Positions 1-10,547 of a stretch of DNA of 64,000 bases are shown here, one piece after another. Origin of the DNA: Utricularia gibba (Eukaryota > Plantae > Magnoliophyta); the NCBI GenBank assembly GCA_002189035.1, contig NEEC01000002.1:806001-870000 (forward strand). The letters run 5' to 3'. Made by a program: the position numbers and the translations under genes. Numbering within the stretch: the stretch's first letter is position 1; each line of letters opens with the position of its first letter. The notes beneath the pieces were generated by a model. The model was not told the DNA's origin, did not search any database, and saw nothing but the letters and a program-made list of their open reading frames with translations.

Positions 1-321
1 TTTCCATCTGAAAACATCACTTCCTCACCGGAAAGTAGCTTGGATTCTCCTGGTCTTGATCCATTCCAGGCTTCTTCATCTGGCCGTGAAGATTCTCGAA
101 CACTTGCGGCCGCAGCTGGCGTGCTACCCAGTCGGGAAGACATCCTATTGTCAAGATCAACTAGTGATGGGTATGATGCATCGGGTGGAGAAGACAGTGA
201 TCGAGGTCCAGCAAGGTTCCTGAACAGGCAAACCAACTGGTCAAACATACTCTTTGGATCTGAAACCGAAATCAGCATCTCAAACTTCGGGCAGACGACA
301 TCATCCTCCTCGAAGGTGTGA
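1..321 (+). CDS. 3' end of an unidentified protein-coding gene running in from the left edge (Ser-rich C-terminus ...DGYDASGGEDSD...SSSSKV*)
   Basis: The frame is open from base 1 to the TGA at 319-321 and is followed by AT-richer UTR-like sequence. I do not recognise the family. Confidence 0.5.
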   Translation, partial: FPSENITSSPESSLDSPGLDPFQASSSGREDSRTLAAAAGVLPSREDILLSRSTSDGYDASGGEDSDRGPARFLNRQTNWSNILFGSETEISISNFGQTTSSSSKV

Positions 322-764
322 AAACAAGAGCCTTTTGTCACCTGCAATACAGATTCAGGTTGTTTTCCCTGGTAAGAAACACAGATTAGGACCCTGCTAT
401 GTTTGCAGGTATTGTTACCAAGTTCCTGATTTCCAGATTCTTGACCTTCATCCTATAAATGTCGTCCCATTTCTTTCACTGTGCAATGAAGTTACTTGCG
501 CACAAGAAAATTTACATTTTACAACAGCAACTCCAATGTCCACAATTCAGTAACAAAAACAAACTCAAGAATTTGGAAGAAAATGCTACAGGTATGTGAA
601 AAGCATAACGTGCAGTAAGCTTGGCAACATTACCAACTTGCAGGCTTTCCATTATCTTGAAGTCATTGTCTGTGTCCCTTGCATTAATTAAAAGCAACTT
701 GATGCGGGGCTTCTTCCAAAAATTCATGTAGAAACGAGCTCCTGCAATGCCGACGAGCCCAATG

Positions 765-1835
765 TCAACGAGCATCGCTTGGTTCGGCTGCAACATTCAG
801 GGCTTCTAGATCTGGTTGACTTTCATTGTGTGTGAATTCCAAGCTGTATGCTTTACAACTGAAGTAGAAGATCGTGTTCATCATTGAATCTATCAACAAA
901 ACAAAGGAGAACATAAACACCAAGAGGGGTCCTTCCCAAATCCTAGAAGAGCCGTCTCCATAACTGAGTGTTTTCACCCTGTGATCAAAGAGACCCTCAA
1001 CGAAAGCCATTCCCAAAGTAGATCCAAGAAATATCGATAGTCCAACATGGAATTGTCTTCTAACCAGAGAACTTGATCTTTGCAAGGCATGCAGCATCAT
1101 GACCTCCTCAAGAATCGATACCACCACAGCGATGTTGCATATGATCATGGCAATTGCCAAGCATATTGCAAGTACCAGTCCAACAAGGAATACGGGATAC
1201 AGAAGAAGATCAGGTGGGCACCCCATGAACAAGAAGAGGCTGCTGGCCATGCCCAAGATGACAATGAACAAAACGAAGCAACCACAAATAACTCCACAGG
1301 CAAGGAGATATGTGAGCAGTACACGCTTCCAAATCTTTGAAATGAATACATAAAACACCGATTGATCACAGGGCTTTCTGGAATAGGCACAGTCCACTGA
1401 ATACACAACAGCAGCTTTAGACAGAAGCAAAAGTGTCATGAATAGAGGGAAACACATTGCAATTGAAACGGTAATTTCTGAAAAATTTTGGCAAAGTCGA
1501 TGGACAAGGGGTTTAAGAGCGAGTCCGCTGGACTTGGCAAGAAGCAATAACCGTATACTCAACCACTTAACCAAGGATTCATTGACCAAAACACTTGACA
1601 AGAAAACAGCAGAAACAGGACAAATCAACACAGCAACAATAGAGAGTAATGCTGAAGAATTTTGTCGAAGAATTCTCACGCTTTCTCTCAATATCTCCAA
1701 ACAACTCGTAGGCTGACTGTGAGTCAAACTCTCCAATTCAAAATTCTCAACACTAAAACTTTCGTTTTCCTCATCTTTCTCCCAGTTCGATGAACCTGCA
1801 TTGGATCTTGTGTTCAATCCACTAGCTGCCTCCAT
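765..1835 (-). CDS. Single-exon plant multi-pass membrane protein of unknown function (~356 aa)
   Basis: Long ORF (765..1853, first ATG at 1835) with several hydrophobic helices and motifs typical of a conserved plant family (GDGSSRIWEGPLL, FYFSCK). Confidence 0.8.
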   Translation of the reverse strand: MEAASGLNTRSNAGSSNWEKDEENESFSVENFELESLTHSQPTSCLEILRESVRILRQNSSALLSIVAVLICPVSAVFLSSVLVNESLVKWLSIRLLLLAKSSGLALKPLVHRLCQNFSEITVSIAMCFPLFMTLLLLSKAAVVYSVDCAYSRKPCDQSVFYVFISKIWKRVLLTYLLACGVICGCFVLFIVILGMASSLFLFMGCPPDLLLYPVFLVGLVLAICLAIAMIICNIAVVVSILEEVMMLHALQRSSSLVRRQFHVGLSIFLGSTLGMAFVEGLFDHRVKTLSYGDGSSRIWEGPLLVFMFSFVLLIDSMMNTIFYFSCKAYSLEFTHNESQPDLEALNVAAEPSDAR

Positions 1836-3768
1836 TTCACCACCTCCTTTCAACTCAGCCAGACGAATAAAGATTAAAGAACCATGATAAATGCAGGACT
1901 ACTCAAGCCAATGCTTGCTACAAAGATCCAGATCAACGAACCCTCGCCGATAACACATTCCCAAGAAAAGAAAGTATCCTATAGCCTCCACAATCCGAGA
2001 GGGCAAAAGACACCGCATTTTTCAATCAAGAAATCAATCCCCCAACTCACATACCCATGACTTCAGAGAACAAATACCGATTTAGACGTGAATAGGACAC
2101 TCCACGGCGCCAAGGGCTGCTCATCAGAAGATGTCCGTGGGTTTCCTTGTAGCGAGAGAAACACCTTACCGCCGATGAATCAACGAAAGCACGTAACGCA
2201 TCGAGTAAAAGAAAAAGAATTCCAGTTTGGTCTTTAAAAACAGAAGCATGGCCCATGGGTAACCGACCGGAGTCACCGACGTTGCCGGCAAGGTTGACGG
2301 TGGCTCCTCTATGGGTATCCATCGCCCCAACCAAGAAATGGGCTAACAGGCCCAGATGTAAACCACACAGGACCGAAAGCCCCAAATAAATGGATACGTA
2401 CAATGGTGGGAGATTTGTGACGTGTATCGCCATCGGTGACCGTTGATTTATCAGCAGCTCAATCAACGGCACGTATTCGCTTTTAACCGTCACCTCCAGT
2501 GGCTCCAGAGCCGTACGATTCAGATTCAATCTGACGGGTGAGATTTTTTTATCTCACGGACGGGACCGTTAGTGAAAAGAGGATGGACGGACGGACGGAC
2601 GTACCGCTAGGCGCTAACTATCAATCAATGTGGTCGAGATTTTTTTTTTTTTAATTTATATAATTATATTTTATTACACAAATATTTTCATAAATAATTT
2701 CCAATAATTTATACTAAATAGACTATATATTTGATACAAGTTCTACCTTCAGATAAATATTTAATAAATACTTTTTATCTAATATATACCATTTTTATTC
2801 CAAAAAAATTAAAAGTCTAGAAGTTTCTTTATTTTTAAGAAATTATGTATTTTGAAATTATTTATTTTTTCCACAGAAAATAATAGCAATTGGTGGTTGT
2901 AGAAGGGGGAGCGGCCGCACATGGCCGGCCATCTATCTGTGTGATCTCTGAGGCGTGCAGCAGAGGGAGAAGGGGAACGGGACTGCTCTGCAGGCTGGCC
3001 GGGAGAGAGGATGAACACAGCAGTCTATTATTATTTTGTTATTTGTTTCCATTGTCCCATTTCTGTCTCTCTTTGAATTATTAGTGAGGCTGCAGTTTGA
3101 ACAGCTACTCAGACCAGTTGCAGGACTGCAGAGAAAGATCACCCTTCCCAGAATCTCTATTCAATGACGCCCCCCATCCCCTGTTTTCACTATTGTGAGA
3201 ATTTTTTTCTCCCTTTTCTCCACTATGTTTATTGATTTTGATCCAAACCCACAAATTCTCAAACCCTGGATCGAGTCAATTCGTTTCTAGGGTTTCCAAA
3301 ATATGAAGCAGGTTTTGTTCTTTGTAACTAAAGAAGGAGGTGGGTTGCTATGGTATAATGCTAATAACCCCCCTAGAGACTGGCGTTCTGACTGCTCATT
3401 CTTCTTATCTCTGTCAATTGGCAGTGATGAAGCCATGACCATTCATTCTGCTACTGATACTTTGCTTATACTCTTTCTATTTTTCATTGAGGTTGGGGGA
3501 TGCTGTGCTTGGCATTTGTCAAAATGTATTCTTTTTCTCCATCCCATTTAATATAATCCCACTTCTCCAAGAAAGGAAAAGGCAGCAGCGGCTGCATGCC
3601 TACGAAGGAAACCTGCATCCCTCACGCACCCTCTTCCCTGCAGATTCTGATTTCGTGTAATCTGTGATCCCTGCATCTTTTTAAATGTTGGGGGGTCGTT
3701 TAACTGTTGACCCCTCCATTAATGAAGGTGAAAAGAACCGAGGAGGTCAAATCAAATAACACTGGTGA

Positions 3769-6700
3769 TTAGCAGTAGAACATGAGCTTCCTGATATTCT
3801 CAGTGAGCTTAGGCAGTGGTGTTGTCTGAGGGGAAGATGCTACGGTGACCGCCGGCGATGATCTGGCATCGCAGCGGTCAAGATACAAGCGGCCTCGGTA
3901 GGCTGCGAGGTGAGCGTAATAAGCAGGGGGGACTAATGAAATAGGCTTGGTGCAACGAACGAAAGTGTAGCAAAGATTGTAGACCAGTTTCTGCATTTCA
4001 TCAGAAGTGAATTCATTCTCATCCCAGAGAATATGGTAATGTATTGGCCTACTTGTGCCTTTGACTCCCCAGTGACTGCAGAGATAAAAGTCAAACTCTT
4101 TGGGATGTGTGATCACTGAATCGACGACAGTTCCTGGTGGCACATTTCCATCCGTGAAAGGTGTTGCGGCTTCTGTTGGAAACAATCTTGTATGATGCCT
4201 TTTTTGCACCACAGCGAAGGTAATGGGTGGATTGTAGCCAGGGAACTTGAGAAATGATTCACGTATTGATTGAAGCTCTTGCTGCAACACTTTCTGGAAC
4301 TGTGTTTCACTGACCCCATCGCGAAAGAATATGATCCTTTCAGGAAGTCTGGACACTTCTTGGTAAAAATCATCTAATATTTCACCCACCATTGCAGAGA
4401 GGCCTTCAATGATCTCTTGGCGATGTGTTTGTGACCTCATTCTTGATACATACTTGTTTGCAGCAGGCCAATTGACGGTACCAACAACTGCTGCAATAGA
4501 GGGACTCACATCATCCAGAGGATGAGGATGAGTGACATCAGCTCCCAAAAATATAACCGGCTCATCAAGTCGAAAAAGCCTTGGAATTTGAGAGGGTAGC
4601 GAGTTGTATAATGCAACAGTGCATCCACCAACTTTGGCATTGATCTTGAGGGCCAGATTTGCAAGAAATTGTGAACTCAGCTTCCCCAGATTGGAATACA
4701 GGCAGCATTGGCTTACAATCCCAATGGTTGTTTCAGCAATCCTTTTGAGATCTGCGTAGCCTTTGTGTTTCCTCTCCATAACACAAATCAGAAGCTGGAG
4801 ATTGTTCCTAGACACACTGTGAATCCTCTTGAGCTTCGACTCAAGAAGTTTGGGGTTTCCAAGAATGTGCAGAGGCTCAAAAACTGGACTAATAACAGTC
4901 TCCTTGTTGAGAAATATTCCCAACTGCTGACATTTCTCAGACAGAAGGTTCATGAAACCAGTAATTCCAGATCTTTGATCTGGGCTTCCCCCAAAACTAA
5001 GGATTGCCCATCTCTCTATCCTGGTTCCTTCAAAAACATGACTATCTAAAAGATTCCATTGACGATCACGGCGTGAGGGAGTTAGATTTCTCACGTTTCC
5101 ACCATTTCCAAGCTTCAGCTTAGGTGGCTGAAGAATTCTTCCTGTTAACTGTGTCATTTCTCTTGAAACATGAAGCTTAAACTCATTGGCTTGATCTCCA
5201 CTGTCCCAAAGAAGCAAACAGGAAAACATTAATTCATCAGAGCTGCAAGAACCATGTTGAAGAAGAGAGGAAATTTTAAAAATTCATTGTACCTTGTTAG
5301 ACCAAGGCTTCCTTCCATAAATCCATCTATTATTGCTTTCCGTTCTCTGGGCTTTTGGCATCCCATTTTAAGCATTTTCGCTGTTTGGTCATCTGAAAGT
5401 CTTCCCAGAAACTTCTGTCCTTCACAAACCACACACAGCTCCATGGGTATGTAACAAGGCTTCCTTCTACTAATTCTCAAACAGGGTAAAAATTTGAACT
5501 TCACATCATAATCATAATGATCTTTGAAATACTTCACCAGCCTCAAATTCCTGCCATCTCTATCAGGAAACCAGATACTGTCTGCAACTTCCTCAGTCAA
5601 CCCATAAACGCGGTATCTTTGAAATGTTTCTCTGTGACAAACAAAAACTCTCATGTTCTTGAGAACTTCTTCAACTTGCTTCTTCTCCTCACAGCTCAGA
5701 GATTTTCCAGGCTTTTGAGAAATGTCTTGCATGAAGTCAAGTCTTTTTTGTAAATAAGGAATCACACCTATGCTTTCGTGGAAAGCTGTGACTGAGAAAT
5801 CTACATTGAGAGCAAGGCCTTGTTGTGTTGGCCTTATGCTCTGGAAGAATCCTCTGAGAGCAACTGCTCCTCCACCAATTTCTTTGGCGCCACCCATTAA
5901 GCTGGAGTAAAATGATCTCCCTGTAGATAAACATTTCTCAGACGAAGTCTCTCTCAATACAACATCCAGTGCATGAATGTATTCCTGAGGAAGGGGACTG
6001 CAACTGCAATCATCGTCTCTGTTCAAGTAGCTGGAAACAGCTTCACCATCAAACTTGGAAACAAGCTTCATGTTGACTTTAAAGATCTTGTCTTGGCTGT
6101 TGTGTTTGTTGCTTAAATTCTCCCCCATTTCTTGAGTTAATGGGAGCTTGATGTATAGCTCAAACCTGTCATTTTGGAACTCCAGGGGACTGTAAATTGT
6201 CCTTCCACCATCGTAAACTGGTGAACAACTGGAAAAGGCCTTAGAATTCTCCAAGACAAGTTTTTTCTTGATCATTCTTGCTACTTCCTTTGAAGGATGA
6301 GGAGATATCTCAACATCGTAGTGAAATATTTTCTGCGTAGGATCAAAGTTCACCAAAAAATGATTTGCTAGAAGGGTAATAACTTTCCCTTCAACACCAC
6401 CGCAGTCTGGCCTTCTTGCAACAGCTAAAACTTTTGTCTTTGCATCAACAGCTTTTCGTGCATACTGCTGTCTGGGCGTGTGAGGTTTCCTTTCAGCTGC
6501 TGTAAAAACTTAGTGTCAGTGCGTCAAGGCATCAACATGCGAGGAGAAAGAAAACATCACCTCCACAACCTGAAAATTCTTTAGATCTCCTTTTCTCTGG
6601 GTCTTTTCTAAAGTGTGTTGCTGCCCTTTGTTCAAATCTGTGGTTCAGAGGCAAATATGCGTTACTAATGGGAGGAAGAGGTAGCAAGTCTGGGAAAATC

Positions 6701-6870
6701 TGGAGATGATTTGCATATCCAAATCCAAAACCAAGAGCGTAAGAGTTCTGAAGTTGCAGCAAGTAATGATGATGCTGATAGCTAAAGAGGCTCTGTTGGC
6801 TCCATCCACCAAAACTCCCTGTTTCTGGAGCAAGGTTTCTGCTGGTGTTCGGTTGATCTTCTTCTTCCAT
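3769..6870 (-). CDS. AGO7: ARGONAUTE 7 (ZIPPY), 3 exons: 6870-6570, 6499-5293, 5200-3769 (~979 aa)
   Basis: N, PAZ, MID and PIWI domains; PIWI motifs GADVTHP, FFRDGVSE, QKRHHTRLF, HLAAYRGR; C-terminal MFYC. GT-AG introns of 70 and 92 nt keep the frame. The three-exon layout and RRPDCGG/YIPMELC motifs match AGO7. Confidence 0.95.
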
Positions 6871-7040
6871 GAGTACCCAGTTTGAGGTAGGAGACAGTAA
6901 AGAGTCAGGCAAAAAGGGCACTATTTGCATGGAAGATAAAGGCAGAGTATTACAAGCAAAAAAACGTAGTAAATGCCATCCATGTACAAGACTGAGGATG
7001 AGTCAGATTCTCCTTTTTTTTTTCACTCTGCCGAGTTGCT

Positions 7041-7060
7041 GAGAGAGAGAGAGAGAGAGA
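7041..7060. repeat. (GA)10 microsatellite in the AGO7 5' region (possible BPC/GAGA element)
   Basis: gagagagagagagagagaga read directly from the sequence. Confidence 0.8.
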
Positions 7061-7700
7061 AGGATGCTTCTGAATACTAATGGTTCAGTAGCTAAAGCTG
7101 GGAACTTCCACATTGTCTTGGGACACGAGAGGCCGGAATAATGTAATGTTCCGTTTGCAAGCCTCAGACTTCATGCTTTTTGCACACTCTTCTTACAGTC
7201 AAATGGGCTTCTAGATTTGTAGGGGCGAAGACAAACAAACAGATAACAGATTGTGAAGCAAAAACTATGTAGCTCAAAGCTTCTTATTACACATCCATGA
7301 ACCTCAACTTTGAAGCTGAGAGATGTGAATTCCCATTTCTCTCCCCGCATCATGATGCTTGTCCATGCAACCATGACTGTGTCCACCCAAGGGCCTTTAA
7401 GTACATGTCCATCACATCCATTGGCATGAAAATGATGTGCATCGCATGCAACATCATTCCATCCATTCGCCTCTTAGGCCATGCGGTCAAAATATGGTAA
7501 TATCATATCATCATCATGCACTAAAGGCCGCGGCAGAATGGTCGTAGCCTAGCCCCCAGAGATGGGGGCATGATCTCCTACGCCGCACCCCTCCCCTCAA
7601 GTGGGCCCTCGCCAATCATCATCACTTCAAAAAGCAGTCAAACTTCATAAATTTATATACGTGTAATACTCTGATTGGCGGCCCACAATGCATGGGCTTA

Positions 7701-8803
7701 TCAGAAGGTCTGCAGGCCGGAAAGTTTACGAAATTGTTCGTAAGTGACCCAGAAGGCAAACTGCCATGGGCCGAGCCTGGCCCATGTCGGGAAGAATCCC
7801 TTCCAAAGGGCTCTCACGCCCTCAACCCTCACTGTTTTCACAAGGCAATCGTAGGAGTTCCTATACCTGAGCTTGTCTCCTTCCCCTGCGCTCTCATTCA
7901 TCATTCTGGTTTTCACAACATCGGCGGGACAGCTCAGTGAAGTGGCTGCAAGCCCGGAGATGATCGACGACAGCGTGTGTGCATAGATGTTGTCATCGCA
8001 TATGCGGTTGCCGGTGATGAGATGTTTGGCTTGGTCGTAGCAGGAGAGCTCCCCCATGTTTACCAGAAATGCTCTTTGAACGTTGGCTGAAACGCCTTTC
8101 CAAAGGCCTGAAAGTCCTTCAGAGGTGACGATCTTCGCCAGAGCATCGAAGAGACCGGAGTATCGGGGCTGGAGAGCTTGACTCGCCAGGCGGCTATCTG
8201 CTTGCATCCTTACCTTCACCAGGTCAGCTGGGCTAGCGACAAACTATGCAGAATAGAGATTTTTCAGTAAGACTACAGCAACTGGAATATCTATTCAAGG
8301 CAGTGTAGAATTGAGAATCATCGATGACAACACCATAAGCACTGTTCTTTCTCAATTGCAAAAGGGAAACGTACAATTTTGCAACTTGCGTCATTTCCAA
8401 AGAAGAATTGAAAATGTAGAAAAGGAAAAAGACAATCTCCGATCTGCATCACCTGGGCAAAGGCGCCAGACACTCCACCGATTAGAGCTTTTCCATAGAA
8501 GGGAACGGAACATTCCCCCGATTCCAAATACAAGCCCCGTAAATGCTCGTACCCAACGATCCGAGTAGGAGTGTAGAACATGTGCCGGAAAACAGCAGGC
8601 GAGAGTCCCTTGTACAATCCCAGGAACCCATCGTTTCGTACAATTTGAGAGGCTACCCCGACCGCGGAACCTCGACGAGCCGATTGCATCGACTCGCCAT
8701 GGAGTTGGAGCCTAGTCTTGATCAGATCGATCGGAAAAGTAGCCGTCTCCGCCACCATAGCCGACAATGACGTCATCACAATCTTATGCCCATCCCCGAT
8801 CAT
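7701..8803 (-). CDS. UCP3: Mitochondrial uncoupling protein 3 (PUMP3/UCP3), exons 8803-8453 and 8243-7701 (~297 aa)
   Basis: Three mitochondrial-carrier repeats (PIDLIKTR, PADLVKVR, PADVVKTR) and the C-terminal WARLGPWQFAFWVTYEQFR; GT-AG intron in phase 0. Confidence 0.9.
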
Positions 8804-9446
8804 CGGAGCCGCCGACACCACGTTACAATCTAGATGTTCCGTCTCCGCAAACTTCCCCTTCGGTCATCACTGTGTAGGTTGGGCTACTGAGCCACTCCAG
8901 GAAAATTGGGCCAAACACAAATGGACAAGACACATAACGGCAGCCCAATAGAGATTCAGGGCCCACTATAATTTACTTGTATATTATATATTTATTATTG
9001 GAGGCACTCCAGAAAAAAAAATTAATATTTATTATATTTTCTCTGTAAAAGAAATGTCGGGTGTTGGGGAAATAAATAGCGATGACGTCATGTGACGTGT
9101 GCCTAGCGATGGTCGGTCGATGCGACATTTATTTATAGCTAACCGAAACGTCACCGTTTTGATTCACAATCCATGTTGCCGCATTCAATGAAAAACAAAA
9201 ACCATCAACAAGAATGTGCCCACATCCCCTGCTTTCCTAGTATTATTATGGGTTCTTGCTTCATGGAACCACAGCACAAATTTTTAATTAAAAAAATATA
9301 AATTCTAATTAATAATAAATTTAAAAAATAAAAAGTATTTCTAATTCTTTTTATCACAAATAAAAAAAGTTTATTCAATTAGATTAGGAATGGACATCCG
9401 GCACGTGGTGAATTTAACCAGTGGCTAAGTATAAAAATTTTCTCAG

Positions 9447-10547
9447 CTAGAAACCCGGCAGCTCCATCGGTGACGTCACCATGTGCAGCAGCTCGTTCCA
9501 GTAACTCTTGGTGTCATCTTGCTCCAGGAACGCCGTCGCGGAGGACATGGTATAGCAATCGGAACTGATACTAGGAACCCCAGCATCCTCCGCCGCGTCG
9601 GGAAAGTGGAACCTGCCGAGGTCCATCTCATACGTTGCGGCATGGTTATCGTATACACTTCCGGCGGACGGAGTGACGGTGGGAACCGCCGCTACGGCGC
9701 TAACGGGGGAGAAGTTGAGAGTGGAGGTGGGTGACTCAAGGGTGGTCTGCGCGCCGAAAAAGCAGCTGTTCGCTGCGGTGGCTTGCCACACTTTGAGAAC
9801 GTCCAAACACGGCGTGGCATTGGACATTTGAAACGGGAGGGCGGCGAGGGGAGCGGCGGAATGGTGACCTTCTGTAGAAACTGAAGATTGGAGAGGATTT
9901 TCGACTCACGGACGAGGCGAGCCTCGGCTTCCAGCCGCGCCGTTTCCCACTGTGCCATGTGACTGAGATTCGCGGCCTGCTTCGACTGCGCCCCTCCGCC
10001 GGAGCTACTCTTCGGCTTGTGCGTCACCGGGTCGATCCCCATTCTCGTTAGCCTCTTCTTCAGACGAGTGTTCCAGTAATTCTTGATCTCGTTATCCGTC
10101 CGTTTAGGTAAATGCGTCGCAATCGCCGACCACCTACACCAAAAAATGCATATTAATAACCGATCCATGAGCATTCACTTTCTACTCGTCATCATTACCA
10201 CCTGTTGCCGAGCAGGGCGTGGAGCCGGATGATCGCCTTCTCCTCATGGGCACTGAACTTTCCTCTCTTGATATCCGGCCGAAGGTAGTTCGTCCACCGC
10301 AGCCGGCAGCTTTTCCCGCACCGCTGAAGCCCTAGAGCCACCACACACAGGCAACCGCTATCTCATCAACTCCGATCAAACCCAAAGAAAGCAATTGAGG
10401 TGAGCGCAGGGTACCTGCTTTCGCCGGGAGGGAACGCCAGCTGCCATGGCCATGTTCCTCGATGTAGGCAAGAAGCTTCTGGTCCTCTTCCCTGGTCCAG
10501 GGACCCTTCTTCAGCTCTTCCTTAGCCGGGGAGTCCGGTTTCCCCAT
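9447..10547 (-). CDS. MIXTA-like R2R3-MYB (subgroup 9A, MYB16/MYB106 type); exons 10547-10415, 10331-10202, 10133-9447, with a 1-nt frameshift near 9835-9900 in exon 3
   Basis: Canonical 133/130-nt MYB exons and the subgroup 9 motif [18 protein letters not shown]. The downstream motifs PCLDVLKVW and [10 protein letters not shown] lie in a different frame. Confidence 0.9.

Noticed and set aside
3385-3420. miR156/157-like segment (minus strand TTGACAGAGATAAG...)
   Set aside because: Several indels relative to miR156/157 and no hairpin partner.
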